Source: an uncultured Porphyromonadaceae bacterium
GTDB taxonomy: Bacteria > Bacteroidota > Bacteroidia > Bacteroidales > Muribaculaceae
DNA: 64,000 nucleotides
Direction of reading: 5' to 3'
Assembly: GCA_937911575.1 (NCBI GenBank)
Contig: CALDPR010000032.1
Span: 112,709-176,708, forward strand
Part shown: positions 29,353 through 39,097 of the stretch, piece after piece
How the letters are laid out: every line of letters begins with the position of its first letter
How positions within the stretch are numbered: position 1 is the first letter of the stretch
Position numbers and translations under genes: made by a program
Notes under the pieces: model-generated
What the model was told of the DNA's origin: nothing
Database searches by the model: none
What the model saw: the letters and a program-made list of their open reading frames with translations, nothing else

Positions 29353-30690
29353 ATGGGATTTATAAAAACAATAAAAAATATCTGGAGCGTTGAAGATCTT
29401 CGCAATCGAATTGGAATAACCCTTTTGCTTGTGATTATCTATCGTTTTGGTTGTTATGTAGTTCTTCCGGGAATTGACCCGAATGAATTGATGGCACTCA
29501 AAAACTTCGCTTCTGATGGATTGATGCAACTTTTGGATATGTTTTCAGGAGGTGCATTTGCACAAGCATCAATCTTTGCTTTGGGTATCATGCCTTACAT
29601 CACTGCGTCAATCGTGATTCAGTTGTTGGGTATGGTTCTTCCGAGCTTCCAGAAGATGCAACGAGAAGGTGAAAGTGGCCGAATGAAGATGAATCAATAC
29701 ACACGTTATTTGACAGTAATTATTCTTCTTCTTCAAGGTCCTGCATATTTGCTTAACTTGAAGTATCAAGTAATGTCGGCAGGTGGACATGTAGAAATGG
29801 GCTTTTGGACAATTGCATATATGACAATTATCCTTGCTGCAGGTTCAATGTTCATCATGTGGTTAGGAGAACGAATCGACCAAAAAGGTATTGGGAATGG
29901 TATCTCATTTATTATCTTGGTTGGTATTATTGCACGTTTACCGGAAGCATTCATACAAGAATTTACTAGTCGTTTATTAAACTCGGCTGGAGGAGGACTT
30001 GTAGTGTTCTTAGTAGAAATTGTAATTCTCCTTGCTGTAATTGCTGGTGCTGTATTGCTTGTTCAAGGTACACGTAAAGTACCTGTACAATATGCAAAAC
30101 GTATTGTGGGCAACAAACAATATGGAGGAGCTCGTCAATATATTCCATTGAAAGTGAATGCGGCAGGAGTAATGCCAATAATTTTTGCTCAGGCAATCAT
30201 GTTCATTCCTATCACGCTAACAGGATTTAGTGGAGGAGAAGGATGGTTTGCAAGAAACTTTACAGATATGTATGGTTTTTGGTATAATCTTGTTTACTTC
30301 TTTATGATTGTGGCATTCACATACTTCTACACTGCAATTACAGTTCGTCCAGCACAAATGGCAGAAGATATGAAACGTAATAATGGCTTTATTCCGGGAA
30401 TAAAACCGGGTAAACCGACAGTTGATTATCTTGATTCAATAATGTCGCGTATCACAATGCCTGGTTCTATATTTTTAGGTATTGTTGCGATATTACCTGC
30501 TATAGCAACAATTTGCGGATTGAACCGTAGTTTTGCTCAATTCTTTGGTGGTACATCACTTTTGATTCTTGTAGGGGTAATTCTTGATACATTGCGTATC
30601 ATAGAAGGACATCTGTTGATGCGTCATTATGACGGATTGATGAAAGATGGTAGAATCAAAGGACGTACAACAGGTAATTCAGCATTCTAA
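29353..30690 (+). CDS. secY: preprotein translocase subunit SecY
   Basis: 445 aa, about 10 TM segments, ..GIMPYITASIVIQLL.. Confidence 0.96.
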   Translation: MGFIKTIKNIWSVEDLRNRIGITLLLVIIYRFGCYVVLPGIDPNELMALKNFASDGLMQLLDMFSGGAFAQASIFALGIMPYITASIVIQLLGMVLPSFQKMQREGESGRMKMNQYTRYLTVIILLLQGPAYLLNLKYQVMSAGGHVEMGFWTIAYMTIILAAGSMFIMWLGERIDQKGIGNGISFIILVGIIARLPEAFIQEFTSRLLNSAGGGLVVFLVEIVILLAVIAGAVLLVQGTRKVPVQYAKRIVGNKQYGGARQYIPLKVNAAGVMPIIFAQAIMFIPITLTGFSGGEGWFARNFTDMYGFWYNLVYFFMIVAFTYFYTAITVRPAQMAEDMKRNNGFIPGIKPGKPTVDYLDSIMSRITMPGSIFLGIVAILPAIATICGLNRSFAQFFGGTSLLILVGVILDTLRIIEGHLLMRHYDGLMKDGRIKGRTTGNSAF

Positions 30691-30722
30691 TTGTTAGTTT
30701 TAAAACTATATAAAAGAAATAA

Positions 30723-31505
30723 ATGATATATCTCAAAACTTCAGAGGAAATTGAATTAATGAGAGCAGCTAACACTCTTGTGAGCCGAACACTTGGCGAG
30801 GTAGCCAAGTGGGTGGCTCCCGGAGTAACAACTCTTAAGTTGGATTCAATTGCAAGAGAATTCATACAAGATAATGGTGGCAAACCGGCATGTCTTGGTT
30901 ATGGTGGATTCCCTGGTACACTCTGTATAGAAGTTAACGAAGTGGTAGTTCATGGATTCCCATCTTCTTATACTTTGAGAGAGGGAGATATAGTCGGTAC
31001 GGATTGTGTTGTAGAACTTAATGGATACCATGGTGATAGTTGTTATACATTTGCTGTTGGGGAAATAGATCCAAAAGTAATGGCATTATGTAAAGTAACA
31101 AAAGAATCTCTTTACAAAGGAATTGCCGCAGCACAAGAAGGGAAAAGAATAGGAGATATTGCGAATGCAATCCAAACATATTGTGAGCATCATGGATATA
31201 GTGTCGTTAGAGAGATGTGTGGTCATGGAATAGGGAAATCTATGCATGAGGATCCCGAAGTGCCAAACTACGGACGACGAGGTATCGGAGCAGTGATACG
31301 TAATGGTATGTGTTTATCAATAGAGCCTATGATAAATTTGGGGAGTAAGAATATAGTAATTGAGCGAGACGGGTGGCAATGTCGTACAAAAGACAGAAAG
31401 CCGTCGGCACATTACGAGCATACTATTGCAATAGTTGATGGTAAAGCAGAGATTCTTACTACATTCGATTATATTGAAGAAGTGTTGGGAGATAAATTTA
31501 TTTAG
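30723..31505 (+). CDS. map: type I methionine aminopeptidase
   Basis: ..VVHGFP.. D..V.. GYHGD.. HGIG.. EP.. metal ligands. Confidence 0.95.
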   Translation: MIYLKTSEEIELMRAANTLVSRTLGEVAKWVAPGVTTLKLDSIAREFIQDNGGKPACLGYGGFPGTLCIEVNEVVVHGFPSSYTLREGDIVGTDCVVELNGYHGDSCYTFAVGEIDPKVMALCKVTKESLYKGIAAAQEGKRIGDIANAIQTYCEHHGYSVVREMCGHGIGKSMHEDPEVPNYGRRGIGAVIRNGMCLSIEPMINLGSKNIVIERDGWQCRTKDRKPSAHYEHTIAIVDGKAEILTTFDYIEEVLGDKFI

Positions 31506-31515
31506 AATAAAATAT

Positions 31516-31734
31516 ATGGCAAAACAAGCTGCAATAGAACAAGACGGAGTTATATTAGAAGCATTGTCAAATGCAATGTTTAGAGTAGAGTTGGAGAATG
31601 GACATGAAATCACCGCTCATATCTCCGGAAAGATGAGAATGCATTATATTAAAATACTACCGGGCGATAAAGTTCGCGTAGAGATGTCGCCTTACGATTT
31701 ATCGAAGGGCAGAATAGCATTTAGATACAAATAA
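31516..31734 (+). CDS. infA: translation initiation factor IF-1
   Basis: 72 aa, [53 protein letters not shown]... The track ORF begins upstream inside map. Confidence 0.96.
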   Translation: MAKQAAIEQDGVILEALSNAMFRVELENGHEITAHISGKMRMHYIKILPGDKVRVEMSPYDLSKGRIAFRYK

Positions 31735-31747
31735 AAAAATCAAAGAT

Positions 31748-31864
31748 ATGAAAGTAAGAGCCTCAGTAAAGAAGCGTACCCCGGACAGCAAAATAGTGCG
31801 TCGTAAGGGTAGATTATATGTAATTAATAAGAAGAACCCAAAATATAAACAACGTCAAGGATAA
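31748..31864 (+). CDS. rpmJ: 50S ribosomal protein L36, Cys-free (zinc-independent) type; 38 aa, below the ORF-track cut-off
   Basis: Manual translation [38 protein letters not shown]. Confidence 0.93.
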   Translation: MKVRASVKKRTPDSKIVRRKGRLYVINKKNPKYKQRQG

Positions 31865-31901
31865 TTTTATTACCTTTGCATAAAAATTGTAATTTAACAA
31901 T

Positions 31902-32282
31902 ATGGCAGTAAGAATCGTCGGCGTAGATTTGCCGCAAAACAAACGAGGTGAAATAGCCTTGACATATATCTTCGGTATAGGACGCAGTGCAGCCAATACA
32001 ATTTTGTCAAAAGCAGGCGTAGACCGTGATATCAAAGTGAAAGATTGGACAGATGCTCAAGCAGCAGCAGTTCGTGAAGTGATCCAAGCTAACTACAAAG
32101 TAGAAGGAGATCTTCGTTCAGAAATCCAATTAAATATTAAACGATTGATGGATATCGGGTGTTACAGAGGTATTCGTCATCGTATAGGTCTTCCATTACG
32201 TGGACAAAGCACAAAGAACAATGCACGTACTCGTAAAGGACGTAAGAAAACAGTTGCTAATAAGAAAAAAGCTACTAAATAA
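31902..32282 (+). CDS. rpsM: 30S ribosomal protein S13
   Basis: [15 protein letters not shown].. Confidence 0.97.
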   Translation: MAVRIVGVDLPQNKRGEIALTYIFGIGRSAANTILSKAGVDRDIKVKDWTDAQAAAVREVIQANYKVEGDLRSEIQLNIKRLMDIGCYRGIRHRIGLPLRGQSTKNNARTRKGRKKTVANKKKATK

Positions 32283-32291
32283 AATTAAAGT

Positions 32292-32681
32292 ATGGCAAAA
32301 AAGACAGTCGCAGCAAAGAAGAGAAATGTTAAGGTTGATGCAATGGGTCAACTACACGTACACTCATCTTTCAACAACGTTATCGTTTGCTTAGCAAACA
32401 ATGAAGGCCAAGTAATATCATGGTCATCAGCAGGAAAAATGGGCTTTCGTGGTTCAAAGAAGAACACACCGTATGCAGCACAAATGGCAGCACAAGATTG
32501 TGCGAAAGTTGCATATGATTTAGGTCTTCGTAAAGTGAAAGCATATGTGAAAGGGCCAGGTAATGGTCGTGAATCAGCAATTCGTACAGTCCATGGTGCT
32601 GGAATTGAAGTTATAGAGATAATCGATGTGACTCCATTACCACACAACGGATGTCGTCCTCCTAAAAGAAGAAGAGTATAA
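32292..32681 (+). CDS. rpsK: 30S ribosomal protein S11
   Basis: ..[26 protein letters not shown].. and ..[13 protein letters not shown]. Confidence 0.97.
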   Translation: MAKKTVAAKKRNVKVDAMGQLHVHSSFNNVIVCLANNEGQVISWSSAGKMGFRGSKKNTPYAAQMAAQDCAKVAYDLGLRKVKAYVKGPGNGRESAIRTVHGAGIEVIEIIDVTPLPHNGCRPPKRRRV

Positions 32682-32733
32682 ACCAAAAATTATTCTTTTA
32701 GATTAATATTGCAATCAGCTCTGAATGCGAATA

Positions 32734-32781
32734 GATTGTCTGAAACTCCTTTCTCTCGACAATCGCGGCTGCGCTAAGGAG
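32734..32781 (+). promoter_or_regulatory. candidate H-type pseudoknot in the 138-nt rpsK-rpsD spacer (possible S4 autoregulatory leader)
   Basis: Stem GATTGTC (32734-40) pairs with GACAATC (32758-64). Loop CTCCTT (32747-52) is complementary to downstream AAGGAG (32776-81). Confidence 0.4.
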
Positions 32782-32819
32782 CGGATTAAAGACTTTAATT
32801 TAATTTAAACAGTAAAAAA

Positions 32820-33425
32820 ATGGCAAGATATACTGGTCCAAAATCAAAAATTGCTCGCAAATTTGGCGAAGCTATCTACGGTGAGGATAAAGTTTTAGCA
32901 AAGAAGAATTATCCTCCAGGTCAACATGGTGTAAACCGTAGAAGAAAAACATCTGAATACGGCACTCAGTTGCGTGAAAAGCAAAAAGCTAAGTACACCT
33001 ATGGTGTGTTGGAACGTCAATTCCGTAACCTGTTTGAAAAGGCAGCACGCACAAAAGGTGTAACCGGTGAAGTTTTGTTGCAATTGTTAGAGAGTCGTCT
33101 AGATAACATCGTTTATCGTTTGGGTATAGCCCCAAGTCGTCCGGCAGCACGTCAGTTAGTGCTCCATAAACACATCACAGTTAACGGTTCTGTTGTGAAT
33201 ATTGCATCATATCAAGTACACCCGGGTGATGTAGTAGCAGTACGCGAAAAATCTAAATCATTAGAAGTAATAGCAGATTGCTTGGCTGGATTCAATCATA
33301 GCAAATATCCTTGGATTGAGTGGGACGAAAGCGTAAAAGGCGGTAAATTCCTTCATCTTCCAACAAGAGAAGATATTCCTGAAACAATAAAGGAACAATT
33401 AATCGTTGAGTTGTATTCTAAATAA
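32820..33425 (+). CDS. rpsD: 30S ribosomal protein S4
   Basis: [17 protein letters not shown]... with an S4 domain. Confidence 0.97.
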   Translation: MARYTGPKSKIARKFGEAIYGEDKVLAKKNYPPGQHGVNRRRKTSEYGTQLREKQKAKYTYGVLERQFRNLFEKAARTKGVTGEVLLQLLESRLDNIVYRLGIAPSRPAARQLVLHKHITVNGSVVNIASYQVHPGDVVAVREKSKSLEVIADCLAGFNHSKYPWIEWDESVKGGKFLHLPTREDIPETIKEQLIVELYSK

Positions 33426-33439
33426 TAAATAAAAGATCC

Positions 33440-34438
33440 ATGGCTATTTTAGCATTTCAGAAACCTGACAAAGTCGTAATGTTGGAGGCAACAAACTCAT
33501 ATGGTAAATTTGAGTTTAGACCTTTGGAGCCTGGTTATGGTCAAACTGTAGGTAATGCATTGCGTCGTATATTGTTATCGTCTTTAGGGGGATATGCAAT
33601 ATGCTCAATACGAATTGATGGCGTTGCTCATGAGTTGGGAACTATCCCGGGAGTAAGAGAAGATGTAACAAACATTATTCTCAATTTGAAACAAGTACGT
33701 TTCAAGCAAATAGTTGAAGATACCGAGGTAGAAAAGGCTACTATTAACGTGTCGGGGCAAGATGTGTTCAAAGCCGGTGATTTAGGAAAAGTAATTTCTG
33801 GATTTGAAGTATTGAATCCGGAGTTGGAAATCTGTCATTTAGATTCAAAAGCAAGTTTTCAAATGGAATTCACCATCAATAAAGGACGTGGTTGGGTTCC
33901 AGCAGACGAAAATCGCGAAATGTTAGGATCTGAAGATATAAATGTGATAGCAATTGACTCAATTTATACACCTATAGTAAATGTAAAATATGCAGTTGAA
34001 AACTATCGTGTAGAACAAAAGACAGACTACGAGAAACTTGTCCTAGAAGTTACAACAGATGGTTCAATCCAACCAAAAGATGCATTGAAGGAAGCTGCAA
34101 AAATTCTAATTCATCATTTCATGTTGTTCAGTGATGATAAGATTACACTTGAGACTCCTGAAGCTGATGGTGAAGAAGAATTTGATGAAGAAGTTCTGCA
34201 TATGCGTCAATTACTAAAGAGTAAACTTGTTGATATGGATTTATCCGTACGTGCACTTAATTGTTTGAAGAGTGCGGAGGTTGAAACTCTTGGTGAATTG
34301 GTAGTATTTAATAGAGCTGAATTGTTGAAGTTCCGTAATTTCGGTAAAAAATCACTTACCGAACTTGATGAATTACTAGCGAACTTGAACCTATCTTTCG
34401 GCATGGACATTTCAAAGTATAAATTAGATAAAGACTAA
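33440..34438 (+). CDS. rpoA: DNA-directed RNA polymerase alpha subunit
   Basis: ..[11 protein letters not shown].. in the N-terminal domain. C-terminal domain has ..[10 protein letters not shown].. and ..NFGKKSL.E.. Confidence 0.97.
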   Translation: MAILAFQKPDKVVMLEATNSYGKFEFRPLEPGYGQTVGNALRRILLSSLGGYAICSIRIDGVAHELGTIPGVREDVTNIILNLKQVRFKQIVEDTEVEKATINVSGQDVFKAGDLGKVISGFEVLNPELEICHLDSKASFQMEFTINKGRGWVPADENREMLGSEDINVIAIDSIYTPIVNVKYAVENYRVEQKTDYEKLVLEVTTDGSIQPKDALKEAAKILIHHFMLFSDDKITLETPEADGEEEFDEEVLHMRQLLKSKLVDMDLSVRALNCLKSAEVETLGELVVFNRAELLKFRNFGKKSLTELDELLANLNLSFGMDISKYKLDKD

Positions 34439-34443
34439 AAACG

Positions 34444-34929
34444 ATGAGACATAATAAGAAATTTAACCACTTAAGTCGTAAAAAGGCTCACCGCGATGCG
34501 TTGTTGTCAAATATGACTATATCTCTTATCCTTCATAAGAGAATAAATACAACATTGGCAAAAGCAAAAGCTCTTCGTATTTATGCTGAGCCAATTATCA
34601 ATCGTGCGAAGAAAGATGATATGAGTAATCGTCGCTTGGTATTTAGTTATTTGCAAAATAAAGAAGCTGTCAAAGAACTCTTTGGCGTAGTTGCAGAAAA
34701 GATAGCTGATCGTCCGGGAGGATATACTCGTATTCTTAAGACAGGAAATCGTCTTGGAGATAACGCACAAACATGTTTTATTGAGCTTGTTGATTTCAAT
34801 GAAGCAATGCTTAAAGAAACTACTGCGAAAAAAGGCGGTAAAACACGCCGTTCTCGTAGTAAAAAATCTGCTGCACCAGCTGAAACACCTGCTGTTGAAG
34901 CTCCTGCAACAGAGACTGCTGCGGAATAA
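34444..34929 (+). CDS. rplQ: 50S ribosomal protein L17
   Basis: [21 protein letters not shown]... with an Ala/Pro/Glu-rich tail. Confidence 0.96.
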   Translation: MRHNKKFNHLSRKKAHRDALLSNMTISLILHKRINTTLAKAKALRIYAEPIINRAKKDDMSNRRLVFSYLQNKEAVKELFGVVAEKIADRPGGYTRILKTGNRLGDNAQTCFIELVDFNEAMLKETTAKKGGKTRRSRSKKSAAPAETPAVEAPATETAAE

Positions 34930-34951
34930 TTTAGTTTCGTGTGATATTAAA

Positions 34952-34993
34952 AACAATGAAGATCTCTTTAAAGTGGTCTTCATTGTTTTTTTA
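34952..34993 (+). terminator. intrinsic terminator ending the ribosomal array
   Basis: ACAATGAAGA / TCTTCATTGT stem followed by T7. Confidence 0.85.
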
Positions 34994-35189
34994 TTATGGT
35001 TGATAATAGATTTTTATTACTGTACGATAAAAATAGAATAGTACATGAAAAGAGGTCTCAATTGCTGCTTTAATGTGGTTGAGATTTCTTTTTTCAGTTT
35101 ACAAGTCCCCCTTTCACTGAAAATGTCGGCTGTCAGACAAATTAACGACCTTAATAATTGTTTTTATTTGACACCGATATTTGTTCTTT

Positions 35190-35400
35190 TGTGTTTCGCG
35201 TCTTTTCAGACGCTGTGTAGCTGGGTGTTCGCTAACCGAGGGTATCGCTTTGCTCAACCCCCGGTTGTTGAATCGCTTCGCTCTCCGTGCTTCGCACCCA
35301 ATACCATCGGAATGTAGTAGGTGAGTCGTCGGGACAATATTTGATGTCTGACGAAAATATCGATTTGTACCCTATGCAGTCGTAGGTTCACTCAATGAGA
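35190..35400. other. GC-rich, stop-codon-dense, hairpin-rich non-coding island (possible ncRNA or 3'-UTR element)
   Basis: Hairpins: GCGTCT-tttc-AGACGC (35198-35213); AACCGAGGGT..ACCCCCGGTT (35234-35266); TCGTCGGGACA..TGTCTGACGA (35326-35354). All three minus-strand frames contain stops. The one open plus-strand frame is the implausible 90-aa ORF 35045-35317. Confidence 0.25.
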
Positions 35401-35488
35401 GGTTGGATAATTACACAAAATGGAGAGGGTGAGGTTTAAAGTTTTTTAGAGTTTAAATTTTGTTTTTATCGAACACCCAAGAAAAAAT

Positions 35489-36934
35489 TTATAGAATTGG
35501 TGATAGTAATCGAATAATAGATTCGATTGTTTTTTGAAGTTTAGGCCTTGATCTCCAATTTGAGAGGGAAATTTTACTACAATCCTTAGTGTCGTTGAAG
35601 AATATATCTTTCATTTTGTTGTTAATTTCTTTGTCGTAAATAAGGAGATTGGATTCAAAATTGTGTTCGAAGCTTCTGAAATCGAAATTAGCAGAACCTG
35701 TAGTAGTGAATTCGTTATCAATAATCATGTTTTTGGAGTGTAGCATGCCAGTCTCATATAGATAAATTTTAATTCCTGCAAGGAGGCATTTCTCGATGTA
35801 AGAATAAGAAGATAATGTTAGAATTACAGAATCACTTTTTTTAGGAATCATTATTCTAACATCTACTTTAGATAAAGCTGCAGCTTGGAGAGCTTTAAAA
35901 AGGTTGTTTGTGGGGAGGAAATATGGAGTCTGAATGTATATACATTTTTTTGCAGAGGCTATAGCTTTACTAAAAAGAAGTTCGATGTTTTCCCAGTTGT
36001 CGGTAGGACCACTTGTTACGAATTGCATTCCTACTCCCTTCTTTTGAGGAATTTTAAGGTTGTTAATTTCGTTTTGGATAAGTTCTTTGTTAGTAAAATT
36101 CCAATCAACAGCGAATGAGTATAGTAAGCTATTTACAACAGAGCCGGTTATTCTTAAGTGAGTATCTCTCCATATAGTGAAGGGAGGAGTTCCTTCGATG
36201 TATCTGTCGGCAATATTCATTCCACCTACATATCCAATTTCTTCGTCAATAACAACGATTTTTCTATGATTTCTCCAATTTATTCTGTTTGCAAACTGTG
36301 GGAATGTAACTCTAAAGAATGGGTGAGTGTCAACACCAGCTACACGCAATTGTTTGAAAAATTTATTGTTCACTGTAAAACTGCCAACGTGGTCATATAT
36401 AACTCTAACGTTAAGACCTTCTTTAGCTTTTTGTATCAAGATGTCGGCAATTTCTTTTCCTAATTTATCGTCTTTAAAAATATAATATTGTAGGTTTATG
36501 GAATGTTTGGCATTCAGCAGATCATGTTTTAGTGAGTTGAATTTCTCTTCTCCTGATGTAAATATTTTTAGTTGGTTATTGTCATAATATATGGCATTGT
36601 TTATTGCGTATGCTAATTTGATAGTACGTTTATTGTCTTCGTCTATATTGAGGTTTTCAAAGTTAATATTTGGAATAGATTGGTTGCTTAATAATTTGCG
36701 TTTTTTGTGTTGTGAAATCATATGCATATTTCGCAAACTTCTGCCAAAAAATATGTATAGAATAAGTCCGGCAACCGGCAAGAATATAAGGACAGTAACC
36801 CATGCTAAAGATTTGATAGGATTTCTGTTTTCAGATAAAATAACGGCAATGCAACTTAATATAGTAAGGATATAAAGTGCGAAAAAAGCGTAGTTTATCC
36901 ATGTTGATATTTGCACATCAGCGAAACTTGGCAT
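35489..36934 (-). CDS. cls: cardiolipin synthase (PLD superfamily)
   Basis: Two N-terminal TM segments. Two HKD motifs (..NHRKIVVIDEEIGYVGGMN.. and ..LHSKNMIIDNEFTTTGSAN..). Confidence 0.9.
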   Translation of the reverse strand: MPSFADVQISTWINYAFFALYILTILSCIAVILSENRNPIKSLAWVTVLIFLPVAGLILYIFFGRSLRNMHMISQHKKRKLLSNQSIPNINFENLNIDEDNKRTIKLAYAINNAIYYDNNQLKIFTSGEEKFNSLKHDLLNAKHSINLQYYIFKDDKLGKEIADILIQKAKEGLNVRVIYDHVGSFTVNNKFFKQLRVAGVDTHPFFRVTFPQFANRINWRNHRKIVVIDEEIGYVGGMNIADRYIEGTPPFTIWRDTHLRITGSVVNSLLYSFAVDWNFTNKELIQNEINNLKIPQKKGVGMQFVTSGPTDNWENIELLFSKAIASAKKCIYIQTPYFLPTNNLFKALQAAALSKVDVRIMIPKKSDSVILTLSSYSYIEKCLLAGIKIYLYETGMLHSKNMIIDNEFTTTGSANFDFRSFEHNFESNLLIYDKEINNKMKDIFFNDTKDCSKISLSNWRSRPKLQKTIESIIRLLSPIL

Positions 36935-37011
36935 ATGTTGATGTCTATTTTTGTGCTAAAGTAATAAATTTTTTTGAATATTGAAAATTTGATAAAAAAT
37001 ATAGTTGTGGA

Positions 37012-37058
37012 TAAAAAAAGACAGTGAGATAATTTCCCAATCATCTCACTGTTTTTTA
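37012..37058 (-). terminator. intrinsic terminator-like hairpin about 80 nt upstream of the cls start
   Basis: ACAGTGAGAT / ATCTCACTGT 10-bp stem. On the minus strand it is followed by CTTTTTTT. Confidence 0.65.
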
Positions 37059-37118
37059 GCTTAACTAAATAAATTCTTACATGCTAGGTCCATAGTTATT
37101 ATACTATGTTTTAAAATT
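37012..37118 (-). ncRNA. candidate ~105-nt sRNA or terminator-containing leader of cls
   Basis: Bounded by the -7 box at 37123-37130 and the terminator hairpin at 37012-37058. Only a 10-codon ORF lies inside. Confidence 0.3.
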
Positions 37119-37122
37119 TGTA

Positions 37123-37130
37123 CAAAGGTA
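37123..37130 (-). promoter_or_regulatory. -7 box (TACCTTTG) on the minus strand
   Basis: Plus strand reads CAAAGGTA. Lies downstream of the DUF3109-like gene stop and upstream of the hairpin. Confidence 0.4.
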
Positions 37131-37241
37131 GTTTAATTTTTTTAATTGTAAAAATATTAATAAGTTAATTAGTGTTAAAATATAATATAAATGATTCAAA
37201 TCAATTTTGTTTTTTTGATGTTGAAAATATTTTGAGCTTAT

Positions 37242-37823
37242 TTATTCGTCTTTTTGAGCGAGGTATTGTTGTGCAACGAAGCAAAGTTCGTCGTACCATT
37301 CTTTCCCGAATCTGCGAATTAAGGGCTCTTTTAGGAATTGATAAATTCTTATATTTTTCTTTTTCCCTAATAGTTCAGCACAACGGCAAATTTTCCAACG
37401 GTGATAATTTATAGCTATGAAATCAGAATATTCAGATAGGCGTGCAGGATATAAGTGGCATGAGATGGGTTTATAGAAATCAGATTTGCCTTCTCTGAAT
37501 GCTTTTTCTATAGCACATAGGCACATGCCATTTTTTTCGTAAGTTGTAAATACGCAGTCTTTGCCGTTAACAATAGATGTAACTAAATCGCCATCTTCAT
37601 CAATGTATGCGACTCCTTGTTCCTTTATGATTTGTTTTGCAGCAGGAGTTAGGTCGTCCCAAACGATAGGCAATAAGCGTTTAAGTGTTTTGAGTTCTTC
37701 TTCGGTGATAGGAGCACCGGCATCACCTTCGATACAACATTCTCCACGACATTCATTTAAATCGCATAAGAAAAAATGTTCGATAAAGTCGAGAGAAACA
37801 AGAGTATTTTGTATTTGTAGCAT
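37242..37823 (-). CDS. Cys-rich protein, DUF3109-like
   Basis: 193 aa, ..LCDLNECRGECCIEGDAGAPITEEE... The family name is recalled from Bacteroides annotations and is unverified. Confidence 0.55.
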   Translation of the reverse strand: MLQIQNTLVSLDFIEHFFLCDLNECRGECCIEGDAGAPITEEELKTLKRLLPIVWDDLTPAAKQIIKEQGVAYIDEDGDLVTSIVNGKDCVFTTYEKNGMCLCAIEKAFREGKSDFYKPISCHLYPARLSEYSDFIAINYHRWKICRCAELLGKKKNIRIYQFLKEPLIRRFGKEWYDELCFVAQQYLAQKDE

Positions 37824-37825
37824 AA

Positions 37826-39097
37826 TTAAAATTTATTTTCGGAATAGATAACGTAGTATCCAATTAATTTATCAGCTCTGCTTATTGGTGAACGGTGAAA
37901 TACTTTTATGACATATTCGTTGACAGTTTCATAATGATTTCCTTCAATAAGCGATGTTTCTCCTATGTGCCCATTGTGGGGGAGTGCTAAAAATTGATAG
38001 TTATATGAGCCTTGTTTTAATGGCATTGTGAGTTCATACAGATTTGTGTATGGATTATAAATCATGCGATTGGCTTCTGTGTATTGGTGGTGAGTGAATT
38101 CACCATCGACATATATATCGGCATTCATCACTTCGGGGAAGTCTAAATAAAAATGAGTGTCAATATAATCAGCTCCTAAATCAGGGTCTGTTGAGTTGTA
38201 TTCGTCGATTATGTATCTGCCATATTGCGTTTGGTCGAATATATATTCAGAAGAAGCTCGTTCTTCGTTTATTCTCATAAAAGCGTGATATCGATCGTTA
38301 ATATATCTTGTGGAGTCAATTCCCATACCCGGATAATTGGCTCTTACCGTCTCAAATCGTCTGAATTCATTTCCTGCCGGGAAAATTAATTCAGGAATAT
38401 GCTCATAGAATATTTCAGACCCTGCTACTCTAAGAGGACGAGTAATCGTTACGGCATTGTCTGTGCGACCATTTTGTTCGATGGTTGTTATGATATCAGC
38501 ATAAGGGTTGTCAATTTTATAAAGTTTCGTGTTTAAGGAGAATTCCAATTGTTGCAATGAATCGTTGAATCCTTTGTCGGTTTGTGTTGTTACATTTGCT
38601 TTAATTGCTATTTGAGATTCTTCGATGCTGAATCGTGCTTGAAGAATAATGTTTTCCGGTTCGTTTTCAGGGAATACTTGAAGAAGATAATTGCCGGAGA
38701 TTGTCGGTTGTATATCCTCGTTGGGGATTACAATTCGATAATTGACATAATGAATAAATGTATTTGAAGAAAATGCATAGTCCTCAATATTTGCAATGTT
38801 GAAGCCATCAATAAATTCGCTGTCGACAAGTTGTGATGGTTGCCAATCTGAGTTGCAATGAATCAAATGATATTGCATATATCTGACATCATCGGCGAGT
38901 TCGTCGAAACTGATGATAATTTGTTCGCCATTATTTAAGTTTATGATAGGGGGAGCATAGAAGTTGTTGGCTTTTTGCACTTTAAGAGTCGCAAAAGAGG
39001 TGTCAAAGATTTGTGTTGCCGTATCAATTTTTTGAGCATGAGATATAGTCTCAAAAAGTGTAAATAATAGCAAATATAAAAGAGCAATTTTTTTCAT
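37826..39097 (-). CDS. secreted protein, DUF5103-like (family I recall as the T9SS plug protein family)
   Basis: Signal peptide. ..IIISFDELADDVRYMQYHLIHCNSDWQPSQLVDSEFIDGFN.. matches my memory of the DUF5103 N-terminal domain. Confidence 0.5.
   Translation of the reverse strand: MKKIALLYLLLFTLFETISHAQKIDTATQIFDTSFATLKVQKANNFYAPPIINLNNGEQIIISFDELADDVRYMQYHLIHCNSDWQPSQLVDSEFIDGFNIANIEDYAFSSNTFIHYVNYRIVIPNEDIQPTISGNYLLQVFPENEPENIILQARFSIEESQIAIKANVTTQTDKGFNDSLQQLEFSLNTKLYKIDNPYADIITTIEQNGRTDNAVTITRPLRVAGSEIFYEHIPELIFPAGNEFRRFETVRANYPGMGIDSTRYINDRYHAFMRINEERASSEYIFDQTQYGRYIIDEYNSTDPDLGADYIDTHFYLDFPEVMNADIYVDGEFTHHQYTEANRMIYNPYTNLYELTMPLKQGSYNYQFLALPHNGHIGETSLIEGNHYETVNEYVIKVFHRSPISRADKLIGYYVIYSENKF

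Noticed and set aside
35045-35317. 90-aa plus-strand ORF running into the GC-rich island.
   Set aside because: The translation is not protein-like (Cys/Phe-rich, no motifs). There is no promoter box, and the ORF simply spans the structured non-coding region reported as a finding.
37006-37014. Perfect DnaA box (TGTGGATAA, which is TTATCCACA on the minus strand), raising the possibility of oriC.
   Set aside because: It is a single copy. One perfect 9-mer is about what chance predicts in 2 x 64 kb of AT-rich DNA. I saw only one 8/9 match elsewhere (40163-40171). There is no box cluster, no adjacent AT-rich unwinding repeats and no dnaA or dnaN nearby.
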